64,000 nucleotides of DNA from an uncultured Bifidobacterium sp. (GCA_964634245.1 CAZWIE010000002.1:108793-172792); one strand, 5' to 3'. Numbered from the stretch's first letter, positions 47,309 through 57,550 are shown. A program made the numbers and translations. The notes: generated from the sequence alone by a model not told the origin.

Positions 47309-48294
47309 ACGGGCCACAGAGGGGGCTCGTCCATCAGCGCAACCTGCTCGCGCAGCTCCAGGATGCGATCCTGCCAGTAACGGACGGTGTTAAACCACGG
47401 GAAGGCTTGCGGAAAGGCCGGATCGTCCCAGCGCATCGCCAGCCAGGCCGAATAGTGCAGCAGCCGCAGCGTGCGCAGCGCTTCCAGCAGGTACAGCTCG
47501 CGCGGATCAAAATCGCAGAAGTCTTCGTAGCCGGCCAGCAGGTCGGCCAGCTGGCGCTGCATGTCGTTGCGCTCGCCGGAGAGCAGCATCCACAGGTCCT
47601 GGATCGCCGGGCCGCTGCGGCTGTCATCAAAGTCGACGAAATGCGGGCCGTCATCGGTCCATAGCAGGTTGCCCGGATGGCAGTCGCCATGCAGCCGCAG
47701 CAGGCGAACATCGCCGGCGCGCTCATAGCAGCGGCGCACGCCGTCCAGCGCCAGCGCACTGACGCTCTCCCAGCTCGCGCGCAGCTCGGCCGGCACGAAT
47801 TCATGCGAGATGAGCCACAGGCGCGGCATTTCGCCGAAACTTTCGACATCGATATTGGGCCGCTGCGTGAAGGGGCGCGCTGCGCCAATGGCATGGATGC
47901 GGCCCATCAGCCGCCCTATCCATTCCAGCGTGCCCGGTGCATCGAGCTCGGGCGTGCGGCCGCCCTGACGCGGGAACACGGCAAAGCGATAGCCTTCGTG
48001 CTGGTGCAGGGTGCGGCCGGCGATTTCCAGTGCGGGCACGACCGGCACCTCGGCCTCTTTCAGTTCGTGCACGAACGCATGTTCTTCGAGGATGGCGGCA
48101 TCGGTCCAGCGCTGCGGCCGGTAGAACTTGACCACCAGTGGCGGGCCCTCTTCCATGCCGACCTGATAGACGCGGTTCTCGTAACTGTTGAGCGCCAGCA
48201 GGCGGCCATCACCGTACAGGCCGAGCGCATCGAGCGCGTCGAGCACGGTGCCGGGCCCAAGGCCGGCGAAGGAGTGCATGGGGGAAGCATTCAT
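47305..48294 (-). CDS. srkA: Stress response kinase SrkA/RdoA (YihE)
   Basis: ALNSYENRVYQ, VKFYRP, RLHGDCHPGN, VDFDD, IQDLWMLL. Confidence 0.93.
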   Translation of the reverse strand: MNASPMHSFAGLGPGTVLDALDALGLYGDGRLLALNSYENRVYQVGMEEGPPLVVKFYRPQRWTDAAILEEHAFVHELKEAEVPVVPALEIAGRTLHQHEGYRFAVFPRQGGRTPELDAPGTLEWIGRLMGRIHAIGAARPFTQRPNIDVESFGEMPRLWLISHEFVPAELRASWESVSALALDGVRRCYERAGDVRLLRLHGDCHPGNLLWTDDGPHFVDFDDSRSGPAIQDLWMLLSGERNDMQRQLADLLAGYEDFCDFDPRELYLLEALRTLRLLHYSAWLAMRWDDPAFPQAFPWFNTVRYWQDRILELREQVALMDEPPLWPV

Positions 48295-48366
48295 TGGCGA
48301 GATTTTAGTCGCTGGCGGGGTAAACTCCGCCTTATTGATTGTTTACCTGACTGGAATGCACGCACC

Positions 48367-48948
48367 ATGGCGCACGAACCTTTGCTGAGCGAGAAGGAAT
48401 TCGACGAACTCGACCGCTTCCTGATGTCCGAACATTGCGGCGACGAGACGATGGCGATGGATGCGCTGCACGGCTACCTGACGGCGATCGCGATTGGCCC
48501 GGAACCGATCCCGGTCGACGAATGGCTGCCGCGCGTCTGGGGGCCGGACGATGAAGATGCGCCGCAATTCCGCGATACGAAGCAGGCCGAGCGCGTGCGC
48601 TCGCTGGTGACGCGCATGCTGGAAGAGATCGTCGTGACCTTCGAGGTGGCGCCGAAGGATTTCGAGCCGCTGTTCAGCGAATACCCGCACAAGGGCAAGA
48701 GCGTGCTCGATGGCGAGGCCTGGTGCTGGGGCTTCCTCGAAGGCGTGAACCTGCGGCCGCAAGCGTGGGCGCCGTTGTTCGACTCGCCGCAGGCCAGCCT
48801 GCTGCGCGCAATCGAGCTGCTGGGCGCAGAAGAGATCGATGACGAGGAAGTGGCGCTGGTCGACGATCCGGCCAAGTGCCACAAGCTGGCGATCGAGGTC
48901 GAGGCCTCGGTGCCGCAGATACAGCGCTTCTGGAAAGCCGCGCGCTAA
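48367..48948 (+). CDS. UPF0149 / YecA family protein
   Basis: ELDRFL...LHGYLTAIAIGP...WLPRVWG...WCWGFLEG. Confidence 0.88.
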   Translation: MAHEPLLSEKEFDELDRFLMSEHCGDETMAMDALHGYLTAIAIGPEPIPVDEWLPRVWGPDDEDAPQFRDTKQAERVRSLVTRMLEEIVVTFEVAPKDFEPLFSEYPHKGKSVLDGEAWCWGFLEGVNLRPQAWAPLFDSPQASLLRAIELLGAEEIDDEEVALVDDPAKCHKLAIEVEASVPQIQRFWKAAR

Positions 48949-48994
48949 AAGAAAGTCGCCGCCGGCCGCCACAGACGGCGGCCGCGCTTGCACA

Positions 48995-49576
48995 TCACGC
49001 CTTGATGAAGTGCTCGCGGTAGTACTTCAGCTCTTCCACCGATTCACGGATATCGGCCAGTGCCGTGTGCAGCTGGTGCTTCTTGAAGCCGGCGATCAGC
49101 TCCGGCTTCCAGCGGCGGCACAGTTCCTTCAGCGTCGATACGTCGAGGTTACGGTAGTGGAAGAAGGCTTCCAGCTTGGGCATGTGACGCGCCATGAAGC
49201 GGCGGTCCTGGCAGATCGAGTTACCGCACATCGGGGACTTCCCGGCCGGCACGTACTGCTTCAGGAATTCGATCATTTGCAGCGAAGCTTCTTCTTCGGT
49301 CACGGTCGACGCTTTCACGCGGTCGATCAGGCCGGAGCGGCCGTGGGTGCCCTTGTTCCACGCATCCATGCCGTCCAGCACAGCGTCGGACTGATGGATC
49401 ACGAATACCGGCCCCTCGGCCAGCACATTGAGTTCAGGGTCGGTAACGATCGCGGCGACCTCGATGACCTTGTCGTTATCGGGGTCAAGGCCGGTCATTT
49501 CCATGTCTATCCAGACAAGATTGAACTCGTTGGGGCGGGTGGCGGGCGCCGAATGGGCTTCGTTTGCTTGTGACAT
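48995..49576 (-). CDS. orn: Oligoribonuclease
   Basis: [32 protein letters not shown]. Confidence 0.96.
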   Translation of the reverse strand: MSQANEAHSAPATRPNEFNLVWIDMEMTGLDPDNDKVIEVAAIVTDPELNVLAEGPVFVIHQSDAVLDGMDAWNKGTHGRSGLIDRVKASTVTEEEASLQMIEFLKQYVPAGKSPMCGNSICQDRRFMARHMPKLEAFFHYRNLDVSTLKELCRRWKPELIAGFKKHQLHTALADIRESVEELKYYREHFIKA

Positions 49577-49625
49577 AATTCTTTTCCAGATGGGCGCGGG
49601 GCAGAGCCGCGCAACACTGCGGGGA

Positions 49626-49711
49626 TTGTCCCGCGCAAAACTTAGTCGTTTTTCGCTGGACTTATCCCGCGCAAAACATAGTTGTTTTTCGCGGGACAAG
49701 CCCGCGCAAAC
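49626..49711. repeat. Tandem 36-bp palindromic (REP-like) units, 2 full + 1 partial
   Basis: TTGTCCCGCGCAAAACTTAGTCGTTTTTCGCTGGAC and TTATCCCGCGCAAAACATAGTTGTTTTTCGCGGGAC, then AAGCCCGCGCAAAC; no spacers. Confidence 0.8.
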
Positions 49712-49734
49712 TCGCATTTTCTCACACGCCTACG

Positions 49735-50991
49735 ATGGACTCACAAAGCTTCTCCCTGCTGTTTGCTGCCTTCCTGCTGGCCACGCTCGCGGTCAAGCTG
49801 TGGCTGTCGTCGCGCCATATCCGCCATGTGGCGCGCCATCGCGACACGGTGCCCGAGCAGTTCGCCCACAAGATTCCACTGGCCGCGCACCAGAAGGCGG
49901 CTGACTACACGATTGCCAAGAGCAAGCTGAAAATCGTGCTGCTGACGGTGAACACGATGGCCGTACTGGGCTTCACGCTGCTGGGCGGCCTGCAATGGCT
50001 GTCGGAACAACTGGTGCCGCTGGCGGGTCACGGCATGGCGTACCAGCTGGCGCTGATAGCTGCAGTGGCCGTGATCTCGAGCGTGATCGACCTGCCGATC
50101 GACTACTACAAGCAATTCAAGCTGGAAGAGCGATTCGGCTTCAACAAGATGACGCCGGCGCTGTTCTTCAGTGACCTGGTCAAGCACACGCTGGTCGGCG
50201 CCGCCATCGGCCTGCCCCTGCTGTGGGTGACGCTGACGCTGATGGAGAAAGCCGGCTCGCTGTGGTGGCTGTATGCGTGGCTGATCTGGTGCGGCTTCCA
50301 GTTCTTCATGCTGGCCTTCTACCAGAACCTGATTGCGCCGCTGTTCAACAAATTCTCGCCGCTGGAAGATGTGTCGCTGCGCGAGCGCATCGAGGGCCTG
50401 ATGCAGCGCGTCGGCTTCGCCAGCAAGGGCTTGTTCGTGATGGATGGCTCGCGCCGCAGCGCGCATGGCAATGCCTACTTCTCCGGCTTCGGTGCTGCCA
50501 AGCGCATCGTGTTCTTCGACACCTTGCTGTCGCGCCTGCAGCCAAGCGAGATCGAGGCAGTGCTGGCGCATGAGCTGGGCCACTTCAAGCTCAACCATGT
50601 GATCAAGCGCATCGCGCTGATGTTCGTGCTGTCGCTGGGCTTCCTGGCGCTGCTCGGCTGGCTGAAGAACCAGGTCTGGTTCTACACAGGCCTGGGCGTG
50701 GCGCCGCTGATGGATGGCGCCAATGATGCGATGGCGCTGATCCTGTTCATGTTCGCGCTGCCGGTGTTCACTTTCCTGTTCTCGCCGCTGCTGTCGATCA
50801 TGTCGCGCAGCAATGAGTTCGAAGCCGATGCCTTCGCTGCGAAACACAGCAATGCGCAAGACCTGATCGCGGCACTGGTGAAGCTGTATGAAGACAATGC
50901 GTCGACGCTGACGCCGGACCCGCTGCACTCGGCCTTCTACGATTCGCACCCGCCGGCATCGGTGCGCGTGCAGAAGCTGCTGTCTGCCTGA
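49735..50991 (+). CDS. M48 (Ste24-like) zinc metallopeptidase
   Basis: Membrane helices, HGNAYFSG, HELGH zinc motif, EFEADAFA, SHPP. Confidence 0.94.
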   Translation: MDSQSFSLLFAAFLLATLAVKLWLSSRHIRHVARHRDTVPEQFAHKIPLAAHQKAADYTIAKSKLKIVLLTVNTMAVLGFTLLGGLQWLSEQLVPLAGHGMAYQLALIAAVAVISSVIDLPIDYYKQFKLEERFGFNKMTPALFFSDLVKHTLVGAAIGLPLLWVTLTLMEKAGSLWWLYAWLIWCGFQFFMLAFYQNLIAPLFNKFSPLEDVSLRERIEGLMQRVGFASKGLFVMDGSRRSAHGNAYFSGFGAAKRIVFFDTLLSRLQPSEIEAVLAHELGHFKLNHVIKRIALMFVLSLGFLALLGWLKNQVWFYTGLGVAPLMDGANDAMALILFMFALPVFTFLFSPLLSIMSRSNEFEADAFAAKHSNAQDLIAALVKLYEDNASTLTPDPLHSAFYDSHPPASVRVQKLLSA

Positions 50992-51341
50992 TGATGAAGC
51001 GCGACGACTTGCTGGCGCTGTCCTGCAGCCACCGCACCGATGCGGCGACGGCTGCCGAGATCGATGAAGCGCTGGCCGCGCTGCCCGATTGGAAGGTCGA
51101 TGGCGGCAAGCTGGTGCGCGGCTTTCGCTTCAGGGACTATCACCAGACGCTGGCCTTCGTGAATGCGATCGCCGAGGTGATCCACCGCGAAGACCATCAC
51201 CCCGAGCTGGTGGTCGGCTACAACCGTTGTACCGTGAGCTACGACACCCATTCCGTCAATGGCGGCAAGGGCGGCTTGTCCGCCAATGACTTCATTTGCG
51301 CCGCCAAGATCGATCAGGTCTTTGCGCAGCAATTCAGCTGA
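50991..51341 (+). CDS. Pterin-4-alpha-carbinolamine dehydratase
   Basis: FRFRDY...FVNAIA...EDHHP...[19 protein letters not shown]. Confidence 0.93.
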   Translation: MMKRDDLLALSCSHRTDAATAAEIDEALAALPDWKVDGGKLVRGFRFRDYHQTLAFVNAIAEVIHREDHHPELVVGYNRCTVSYDTHSVNGGKGGLSANDFICAAKIDQVFAQQFS

Positions 51342-51360
51342 CCTGTTGACGATCGCACGC

Positions 51361-52257
51361 ATGACTGAACTGCAAGGATTGATCATCGCCGCCCATGGCC
51401 GCCATTACCTGGCGCAGGCCGACGGCAAGCTGTACCAATGCGTCACCCGCGGCAAGAAGAGCGACGTCGCCACCGGCGATCGGGTGCGCATGAAAATCAC
51501 GTCGGAAGACCAAGGGGTGATCGAGGAGATCCTTCCGCGCGCGTCCCTGCTCTACCGTTCCGACCAGTACAAGTCCAAGCTGCTGGCGGCGAACGTGACG
51601 CAACTGTTCATCGTGGTCGCGACCGAGCCCGGCTTTACCGACGACCTGGTGTCGCGTGCACTGGTGGCAGCGAATGCCGCCGGCATCAAGGCCCATCTGT
51701 TGCTGAACAAGGTCGACCTGACCGAGGGGCTGGACGCGGCACGCCACCGCATGAAGGTCTATGCCGACATCGGCTACCCGGTACATGAGGTCAGCGCCAA
51801 AGGGCAGCCGGAACAGACGCTGGCGACGCTCAAGCCGCTGCTGGCCGGGCAATCGACGATCCTGATCGGCCAGTCCGGCATGGGCAAGTCGTCGCTGGTG
51901 AATCTGCTGGTGCCCGAGGCCGAACTGGCAGTGCGGGAGATCTCCAAGCGTCTGGACAGCGGCAAGCACACCACCACCTTCACGCGTCTATATTCGCTGG
52001 ACGGCGAATCCACCATCATCGATTCACCGGGCTTCCAGGAATTCGGGCTTTACCACCTGAGCGAAGGCATGCTGGAGCGCGCGTTCCCGGAATTTGCGGA
52101 AGCGCTTGGCCAGTGCCGCTTCTACAACTGCCATCATGTGGCCGAACCGGGCTGTGCCGTAAGGCAGGCTGTGGACGATCATCGAATCAGCGAATCAAGG
52201 CATGGCCTGTATCTGCAGTTACGACATGAATCATTGCAGAAAATAGGATTTCGCTGA
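51361..52257 (+). CDS. rsgA: Ribosome small subunit-dependent GTPase A
   Basis: [24 protein letters not shown], and the zinc finger [14 protein letters not shown]. Confidence 0.96.
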   Translation: MTELQGLIIAAHGRHYLAQADGKLYQCVTRGKKSDVATGDRVRMKITSEDQGVIEEILPRASLLYRSDQYKSKLLAANVTQLFIVVATEPGFTDDLVSRALVAANAAGIKAHLLLNKVDLTEGLDAARHRMKVYADIGYPVHEVSAKGQPEQTLATLKPLLAGQSTILIGQSGMGKSSLVNLLVPEAELAVREISKRLDSGKHTTTFTRLYSLDGESTIIDSPGFQEFGLYHLSEGMLERAFPEFAEALGQCRFYNCHHVAEPGCAVRQAVDDHRISESRHGLYLQLRHESLQKIGFR

Positions 52258-52350
52258 CCATCCAGACCGTGGTTTTTGATTGCCAATTCGGCATCCCCAT
52301 GTCAGCCTGCCGGTATCAGTATGTCCAACGATCTGCTCCGGAGGCCATCC

Positions 52351-52611
52351 ATGAACCTGACGATGCAAGAACCCACCCTCGGCCGGCAATCAGGTCAGCG
52401 TTCCTCAGCCCTTGCAATGACATCCCACGCACAGCCACTTGAGCAGTCAGCAGACAACCTGGCAGAGCGCTTCGCCGCCCAACCGCAGGCTTTGGCCGCA
52501 TTGCACCGACTGATCGGCGAAGGTCTTGATGGCGGCCTGGAGGGCGAAGTCGACGATGAATGGCTTGCCTCGCTGGCAGAAGATATCCGAAACCGCGCCG
52601 CCACCCGCTGA
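52351..52611 (+). CDS. ParD-like antitoxin (divergent N-terminus)
   Basis: GGAGG RBS; C-terminal LAALHRLIGEGLDGG...acidic tail typical of ParD; stop overlaps the toxin start (TGATG). Confidence 0.6.
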   Translation: MNLTMQEPTLGRQSGQRSSALAMTSHAQPLEQSADNLAERFAAQPQALAALHRLIGEGLDGGLEGEVDDEWLASLAEDIRNRAATR

Positions 52612-52967
52612 TGACGCGGATTTACCGCGGTTCGGCGCTGCGCCTGGACGTGGAAAAGGCTGCCGAGTACTACGAGCTTGAATCCGGAACGCTGGCCCTG
52701 AAATTCCTCGCCGCATTCGGTGATGCGTTCCGGCTCCTGCGGCAGTATCCATCGGCCGGCTCCCCAAGATTCGGGCAAGTGCTCGGTATCAGCGGCCTGC
52801 GCTGCCTGCCAACCAACACTTTTCCCTACTTGCTGTTCTACCGCGAACAGCCCGGGCATCTGGTCCTGTCCCGACTGCTGCCTATGTCGCGCGACATGGA
52901 GTCGCTGCTGGATGCTTACCGATTGCCCGAGCGTAAGGCTGTCCGCGGGCAGCGAAACCCCTTATAA
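52611..52967 (+). CDS. RelE/ParE-family toxin
   Basis: DVEKAAEYY...F...LRQYPSAGSPR...GLR...FPYLLFY...RLL..SRD pattern. Confidence 0.78.
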   Translation: MTRIYRGSALRLDVEKAAEYYELESGTLALKFLAAFGDAFRLLRQYPSAGSPRFGQVLGISGLRCLPTNTFPYLLFYREQPGHLVLSRLLPMSRDMESLLDAYRLPERKAVRGQRNPL

Positions 52968-53022
52968 TCCAAAGGGTTAAAAAATTTCGGCGGCAGCCGC
53001 AGGCTAGCCGCCGATTTCATTT

Positions 53023-53934
53023 ATGGCAATCAAACACTATCTGCAGTTTGCGGACCTGTCGCTCGACGAGTACGTGTACCTGATCGAGCGCAGCAAAGTC
53101 ATCAAGCGCAAGTTCAAGAACTACGAGCCCTACCATCCGCTGCAGGACCGCACGCTCGTGATGGTGTTCGAGAAGAATTCGACGCGCACCCGCCTGTCCT
53201 TCGAGGCCGGCATGCACCAGCTCGGCGGCGCGGCGATCTACCTGAACACCCGCGACAGCCAGCTCGGCCGTGGCGAACCCGTGGAAGACGCAGCGCAGGT
53301 GATGTCCCGTATGTGCGACATCATCATGATCCGCACCTTCGGGCAGGAAATCATCGAGCGCTTCGCCGCCAACTCGCGCGTGCCGGTAATCAATGGCCTG
53401 ACCAATGAACACCACCCGTGCCAGGTGTTTGCCGACGTGTTCACCTTCATCGAGCATCGCGGCTCCATCGCAGGCCGCACCGTGGCCTGGGTTGGCGATG
53501 CCAACAACATGCTGTACTCGTGGCTGCAAGCCGCTGAAGTGTTCGGCTTCCATGTGAACGTGTCGACGCCGGCTGGCTACGACATCGATCCGGCCCTGGT
53601 CTCGCCGGGCAACCAGCGCTACACGGTGTTCAAGAACCCGGCGGATGCCTGCGAAGGCGCGGACCTGGTGACCACCGATGTCTGGACCAGCATGGGCTAC
53701 GAGCAGGAAAACGCAGCGCGACTGAAAGCCTTCGATGGCTGGATCGTCGACGCGGACAAGATGAAGCGCGCCAACAAGGATGCGCTGTTCATGCACTGCC
53801 TGCCCGCGCACCGCGGCGAGGAAGTGTCGGCCGACGTGATCGACGGCCCGCAATCGGTGGTGTGGGAGGAAGCGGAAAACCGCCTGCACGTGCAGAAGGC
53901 GCTGCTCGAGTACCTGGTGCTCGGCAAGGTCTGA
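53023..53934 (+). CDS. argF: Ornithine carbamoyltransferase
   Basis: STRTR, HPCQ, DVWTSMG, FMHCLP. Confidence 0.97.
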   Translation: MAIKHYLQFADLSLDEYVYLIERSKVIKRKFKNYEPYHPLQDRTLVMVFEKNSTRTRLSFEAGMHQLGGAAIYLNTRDSQLGRGEPVEDAAQVMSRMCDIIMIRTFGQEIIERFAANSRVPVINGLTNEHHPCQVFADVFTFIEHRGSIAGRTVAWVGDANNMLYSWLQAAEVFGFHVNVSTPAGYDIDPALVSPGNQRYTVFKNPADACEGADLVTTDVWTSMGYEQENAARLKAFDGWIVDADKMKRANKDALFMHCLPAHRGEEVSADVIDGPQSVVWEEAENRLHVQKALLEYLVLGKV

Positions 53935-53992
53935 ACGCCCCTGACCACAACCCGACAAGAATATTGTTTCTGGAATCAAGGAAGATAAGCAC

Positions 53993-55225
53993 ATGAGCGA
54001 CATCAAGAAAGTCGTCCTCGCCTACTCGGGCGGACTCGACACCTCCGTCATCCTGAAGTGGCTGCAGGACCATTACCACTGCGAGATCGTCACCTTCACC
54101 GCCGACCTCGGCCAGGGCGAAGAACTGGAGCCGGCACGCACGAAGGCGATCAAGTTCGGCATCAAGCCGGAAAACATCTTCATCGACGACGTGCGCGAAG
54201 AATTCGTGCGCGACTTCGTGTTCCCGATGTTCCGCGCCAATACCGTCTATGAAGGCGAGTACCTGCTCGGCACCTCGATCGCCCGCCCGCTGATCGCGAA
54301 GCGCCTGATCGAAATCGCCAGGGAAACCGGTGCCGATGCGATCTCGCACGGCGCCACCGGCAAGGGCAATGACCAGGTGCGTTTCGAGCTCGGCGCGTAT
54401 GCGCTGATGCCGGGCGTGAAGATCATCGCCCCGTGGCGCGAGTGGGACCTGCTGTCGCGCGAGAAGCTGCTGAAGTATGCGGAAGACGCAGGCATCGAAA
54501 TCGACATGAAACACAAGAACGGCGGCGCGCCGTACTCGATGGATGCGAACCTGCTGCACATCAGTTACGAAGGCCGTCACCTCGAGAACCCGAGCGCCGA
54601 GGCTGAAGAGTCGATGTGGCGCTGGACGGTCAGCCCGGAAGCGGCACCGGACGAAGCCGAGTACCTCGACATCGAATTCAGCAACGGCGACATCGTCGCG
54701 CTGAATGGCAAGGCCATGTCGCCGGCCACCGTGCTGGCCGAGCTGAACCGTATCGGCGGCAAGCATGGCATCGGCCGCCTCGACCTGGTCGAGAACCGTT
54801 ACGTCGGCATGAAGTCGCGCGGCTGCTACGAAACCCCTGGCGGCACCATCATGCTGCGCGCACACCGCGCGATCGAATCGATCACGCTGGACCGCGAAGT
54901 CGCGCACCTGAAGGATGACCTGATGCCGCGCTACGCTTCGCTGATATACAACGGCTACTGGTGGGCACCGGAGCGCGTCGCGCTGCAGACCCTGATCGAC
55001 CACACCCAGAAGAGCGTCAACGGCTGGGTCCGTCTGAAGCTTTACAAGGGCAATGTGATCGTCGTGTCGCGCGACTCGAAGACCGACTCGCTGTTCGACC
55101 AGACCATCGCTACCTTCGACGAAGATGGCGGCGCCTACAACCAGGCTGATGCCGGCGGCTTCATCAAGCTGAACGCGCTGCGCATGCGCATCGCGGCCAA
55201 CGCTCGTCTCAAGCGCGGCCAGTAA
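53993..55225 (+). CDS. argG: Argininosuccinate synthase
   Basis: [37 protein letters not shown]. Confidence 0.98.
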   Translation: MSDIKKVVLAYSGGLDTSVILKWLQDHYHCEIVTFTADLGQGEELEPARTKAIKFGIKPENIFIDDVREEFVRDFVFPMFRANTVYEGEYLLGTSIARPLIAKRLIEIARETGADAISHGATGKGNDQVRFELGAYALMPGVKIIAPWREWDLLSREKLLKYAEDAGIEIDMKHKNGGAPYSMDANLLHISYEGRHLENPSAEAEESMWRWTVSPEAAPDEAEYLDIEFSNGDIVALNGKAMSPATVLAELNRIGGKHGIGRLDLVENRYVGMKSRGCYETPGGTIMLRAHRAIESITLDREVAHLKDDLMPRYASLIYNGYWWAPERVALQTLIDHTQKSVNGWVRLKLYKGNVIVVSRDSKTDSLFDQTIATFDEDGGAYNQADAGGFIKLNALRMRIAANARLKRGQ

Positions 55226-55242
55226 ATTTTCAAGGAAAAACA

Positions 55243-55557
55243 ATGACCACTCAATTCGACAACGTGTCCGTCGTCAAGAAAGCCAATGTCTACTTCGATG
55301 GCAAGTGCGTGTCGCACACCGTCGTTTTCCCGGATGGCACCAAGAAATCCGTCGGCGTGATCTTCCCGTCTTCGCTGGTGTTCAATACCGGCGCACCGGA
55401 AATCATGGAACTGAACGCAGGCAAGTGCCGCATCCGCCTCAAGGGCGAGACCGAGTGGAAAACTTACGAAGGAGGCCAGAGCTTCAATGTGCCGGGTAAT
55501 TCGAGCTTCGACATCGAGACGCTCGAGATGCTGGACTACGTCTGCCACTTCGGCTGA
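55243..55557 (+). CDS. ppnP: Pyrimidine/purine nucleoside phosphorylase (YaiE/DUF1255)
   Basis: [33 protein letters not shown]. Confidence 0.92.
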   Translation: MTTQFDNVSVVKKANVYFDGKCVSHTVVFPDGTKKSVGVIFPSSLVFNTGAPEIMELNAGKCRIRLKGETEWKTYEGGQSFNVPGNSSFDIETLEMLDYVCHFG

Positions 55558-55585
55558 TCTCGCGTTGTAATCCCCCCTTCTCTTT

Positions 55586-55618
55586 GCGCAAGTTGCATCC
55601 TCGATTGCGACTTGCGCA
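55586..55618. terminator. Hairpin downstream of ppnP (possible terminator)
   Basis: GCGCAAGTTGCA...TGCGACTTGCGC stem; no clear U tract. Confidence 0.4.
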
Positions 55619-55672
55619 CCTCGCTTCACCCCTTCATTACCAATAGCTAGTCTACGGCACGCCGCGCTGCTT

Positions 55673-55686
55673 TTGATTTGAGTCAA
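55673..55686. promoter_or_regulatory. FNR-like box upstream of the TA promoter
   Basis: TTGAT-TTGA-GTCAA. Confidence 0.45.
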
Positions 55687-55703
55687 GCCTGCAGCGTCTC
55701 CAG

Positions 55704-55734
55704 TTGACTAACTATTGGGTAGCTTTTAAGCTAC
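55704..55734 (+). promoter_or_regulatory. Sigma70 promoter with overlapping antitoxin operator
   Basis: TTGACT-N17-TAAGCT; the palindrome GTAGCT-TTTA-AGCTAC (55719-55734) covers the -10 element. Confidence 0.7.
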
Positions 55735-55743
55735 AAATGTCCG

Positions 55744-56064
55744 ATGCCTGAATTGTGTCGATAACAAGGACTTAATGGAGATGAGCCTTTCAGTATCTGG
55801 TTTGCAAAGCTTCGTGACAATGACGCGAAAGCGAAGATCCGGATGCGCTTGCATCAACTCGCTTCTGGCAATTTCGGTGATTGGGCCTCGGTTGGCGATG
55901 GTGTATTCGAGCTGAGAATTCACTACGGACCAGGCTATCGCATTTATTGCGGACGTCATGGACCGAACTTGATAGTGCTTCTGTGTGGCGGTAACAAGGA
56001 CACGCAGCCAGAAGATATCCGACGAGCAAAATACATGTGGTCCAACTGGAGGGATCAGCAATGA
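55744..56064 (+). pseudogene. Addiction-module killer (RelE/HigB-like, HI1419 type) with in-frame TAA at codon 7
   Basis: Reads MPELCR*QGLNGDEPFSIWFAKLRD...GNFGD...VGDGVFELRIHYGPGYRIY...LLCGGNKDTQ; TAA at 55762-55764. Confidence 0.8.
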
Positions 56065-56384
56065 CCAAAAGCTACAAAGCTTGTGTTTCTCATCATCAGC
56101 GTGAAGTGGAGGAGTTACGCAATGACCGAGAGGAAGCGATTGCCTATCTAAAAGTGGCGATGGAATCGCTAAGCAACCCTGATGATCGTGCAGCAGGACT
56201 ACTTGCTCTTCGCGCGATTGCTGAAGCTTATGGCGGTCTAGGAAAAATCGCGGAAGAGGCAGACATAAGCCGCGAATCCTTGTATCGCGCTTTGTCCGCG
56301 TCCGGGAATCCTACTTTAAAGACCCTGATTGCCGTCTTGAATACCGTTGGCATGAGACTCTCGGTAGAGCCTGCACCACATTGA
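56061..56384 (+). CDS. Addiction-module antidote protein (HTH, HI1420 type)
   Basis: AYL..A...LRAIAEAYGG...IAEEADISRESLYRALS.SGNPTLKTL; ATGA coupling with the toxin. Confidence 0.9.
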   Translation: MTKSYKACVSHHQREVEELRNDREEAIAYLKVAMESLSNPDDRAAGLLALRAIAEAYGGLGKIAEEADISRESLYRALSASGNPTLKTLIAVLNTVGMRLSVEPAPH

Positions 56385-57425
56385 TCAGATAATCACAGGT
56401 TCAGGCTCGATATCAACCCCGAATTTCATAAAAACATCCTCCCTGACTCGCGCGGCCAGTCGCAGCACTTCTTGCCCGCTTGCTCCGCCTCGATTTACGA
56501 GCACCAAGGCTTGCCTCTCGTGCACTCCAACCGCTCCCAGTGACTTCCCTTTCCAGCCGCACTGGTCGATCAGCCAGCCGGCCGCCAGCTTGTAGCTGCC
56601 ATCGGGCTGCGCATAGCTGACTAGCGCCGGATGCTGCGCCAGCAATTCATCACGCTTTGCGGCAGGCACCACCGGGTTCTTGAAGAAGCTGCCGGCATTG
56701 CCAATCTGCGCCGGGTCCGGCAGCTTGCGGCGGCGGATCGCGATGACGGCATCGCTGACTTGTTGGGGCGTCAGTTTCGCAATGCCTTGCGCCGCGATCT
56801 CGGCCGCCAACTCCGCGTAGCGCAGGTTCGGCTGCCACTGCTTCGGCAAACGGAAGCGAACGCTGCAGATCACCGCACGGTCTTTCCATGCCTGCTTGAA
56901 GACGCTGTCGCGATAAGCGAAGCGACAAGCCTCTGCATCGAGGGTGAAGCTGGCGCCAGTCGTGAAATCGAAAGCGGTCACCGAATCCACGTATCCCGCC
57001 AATTCGCTGCCATAAGCGCCAATGTTCTGGATTGGCGATGCGCCGACCGTGCCCGGAATCAGCGACAAATTCTCCAGCCCTGGGCAGCCGTTGGCCAGCG
57101 TCCACTGCACGAAGCCGTGCCAGCTCTCCCCAGCCTGCGCGGTCACATAACGGTACTGCGCATCCTCGCCATCGATCGCGATGCCGGTGCCGGTCATGTG
57201 CAGCACCAGCCCGTCAAAATCGCGCGTCAGCAGCAGGTTGCTGCCGCCGCCCAGCACCAGCCGCGGCATTGCCGACAGTGCCGGATCGGCGCGTACCGCC
57301 TGCAGGTCCGCCACCGAGCGTATGCGCGCATAGGCCTTCGCGCTGGCGGCAATCCCGAAGGTATTGAGCTCGCGCAGCGGGTAGTCGTAACGCAGGTCGG
57401 GGATAGGACTGGGAGCGGCAGGCAT
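56385..57425 (-). CDS. murB: UDP-N-acetylmuramate dehydrogenase
   Basis: [51 protein letters not shown]. Confidence 0.96.
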   Translation of the reverse strand: MPAAPSPIPDLRYDYPLRELNTFGIAASAKAYARIRSVADLQAVRADPALSAMPRLVLGGGSNLLLTRDFDGLVLHMTGTGIAIDGEDAQYRYVTAQAGESWHGFVQWTLANGCPGLENLSLIPGTVGASPIQNIGAYGSELAGYVDSVTAFDFTTGASFTLDAEACRFAYRDSVFKQAWKDRAVICSVRFRLPKQWQPNLRYAELAAEIAAQGIAKLTPQQVSDAVIAIRRRKLPDPAQIGNAGSFFKNPVVPAAKRDELLAQHPALVSYAQPDGSYKLAAGWLIDQCGWKGKSLGAVGVHERQALVLVNRGGASGQEVLRLAARVREDVFMKFGVDIEPEPVII

Positions 57426-57550
57426 AGGCGAGCGATTATACCGGCGCAATCCACGCCACCCGCCCCCGTCACCTGCCCCGTCACCCGCACGCACCTTGCC
57501 AAAATGATTCGGATAAAATTCGCGCCATCCAATCAATTCAGGAGGAAACT

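Noticed and set aside
49626-49711. CRISPR array
   Set aside because: The 36-bp units are directly adjacent with no unique spacers, and there are no cas genes.
52258-56384. Prophage or IS-type mobile element around the TA modules
   Set aside because: No integrase, transposase, terminal inverted repeats or target-site duplications were seen, and argF-argG-ppnP between the modules are ordinary core genes.
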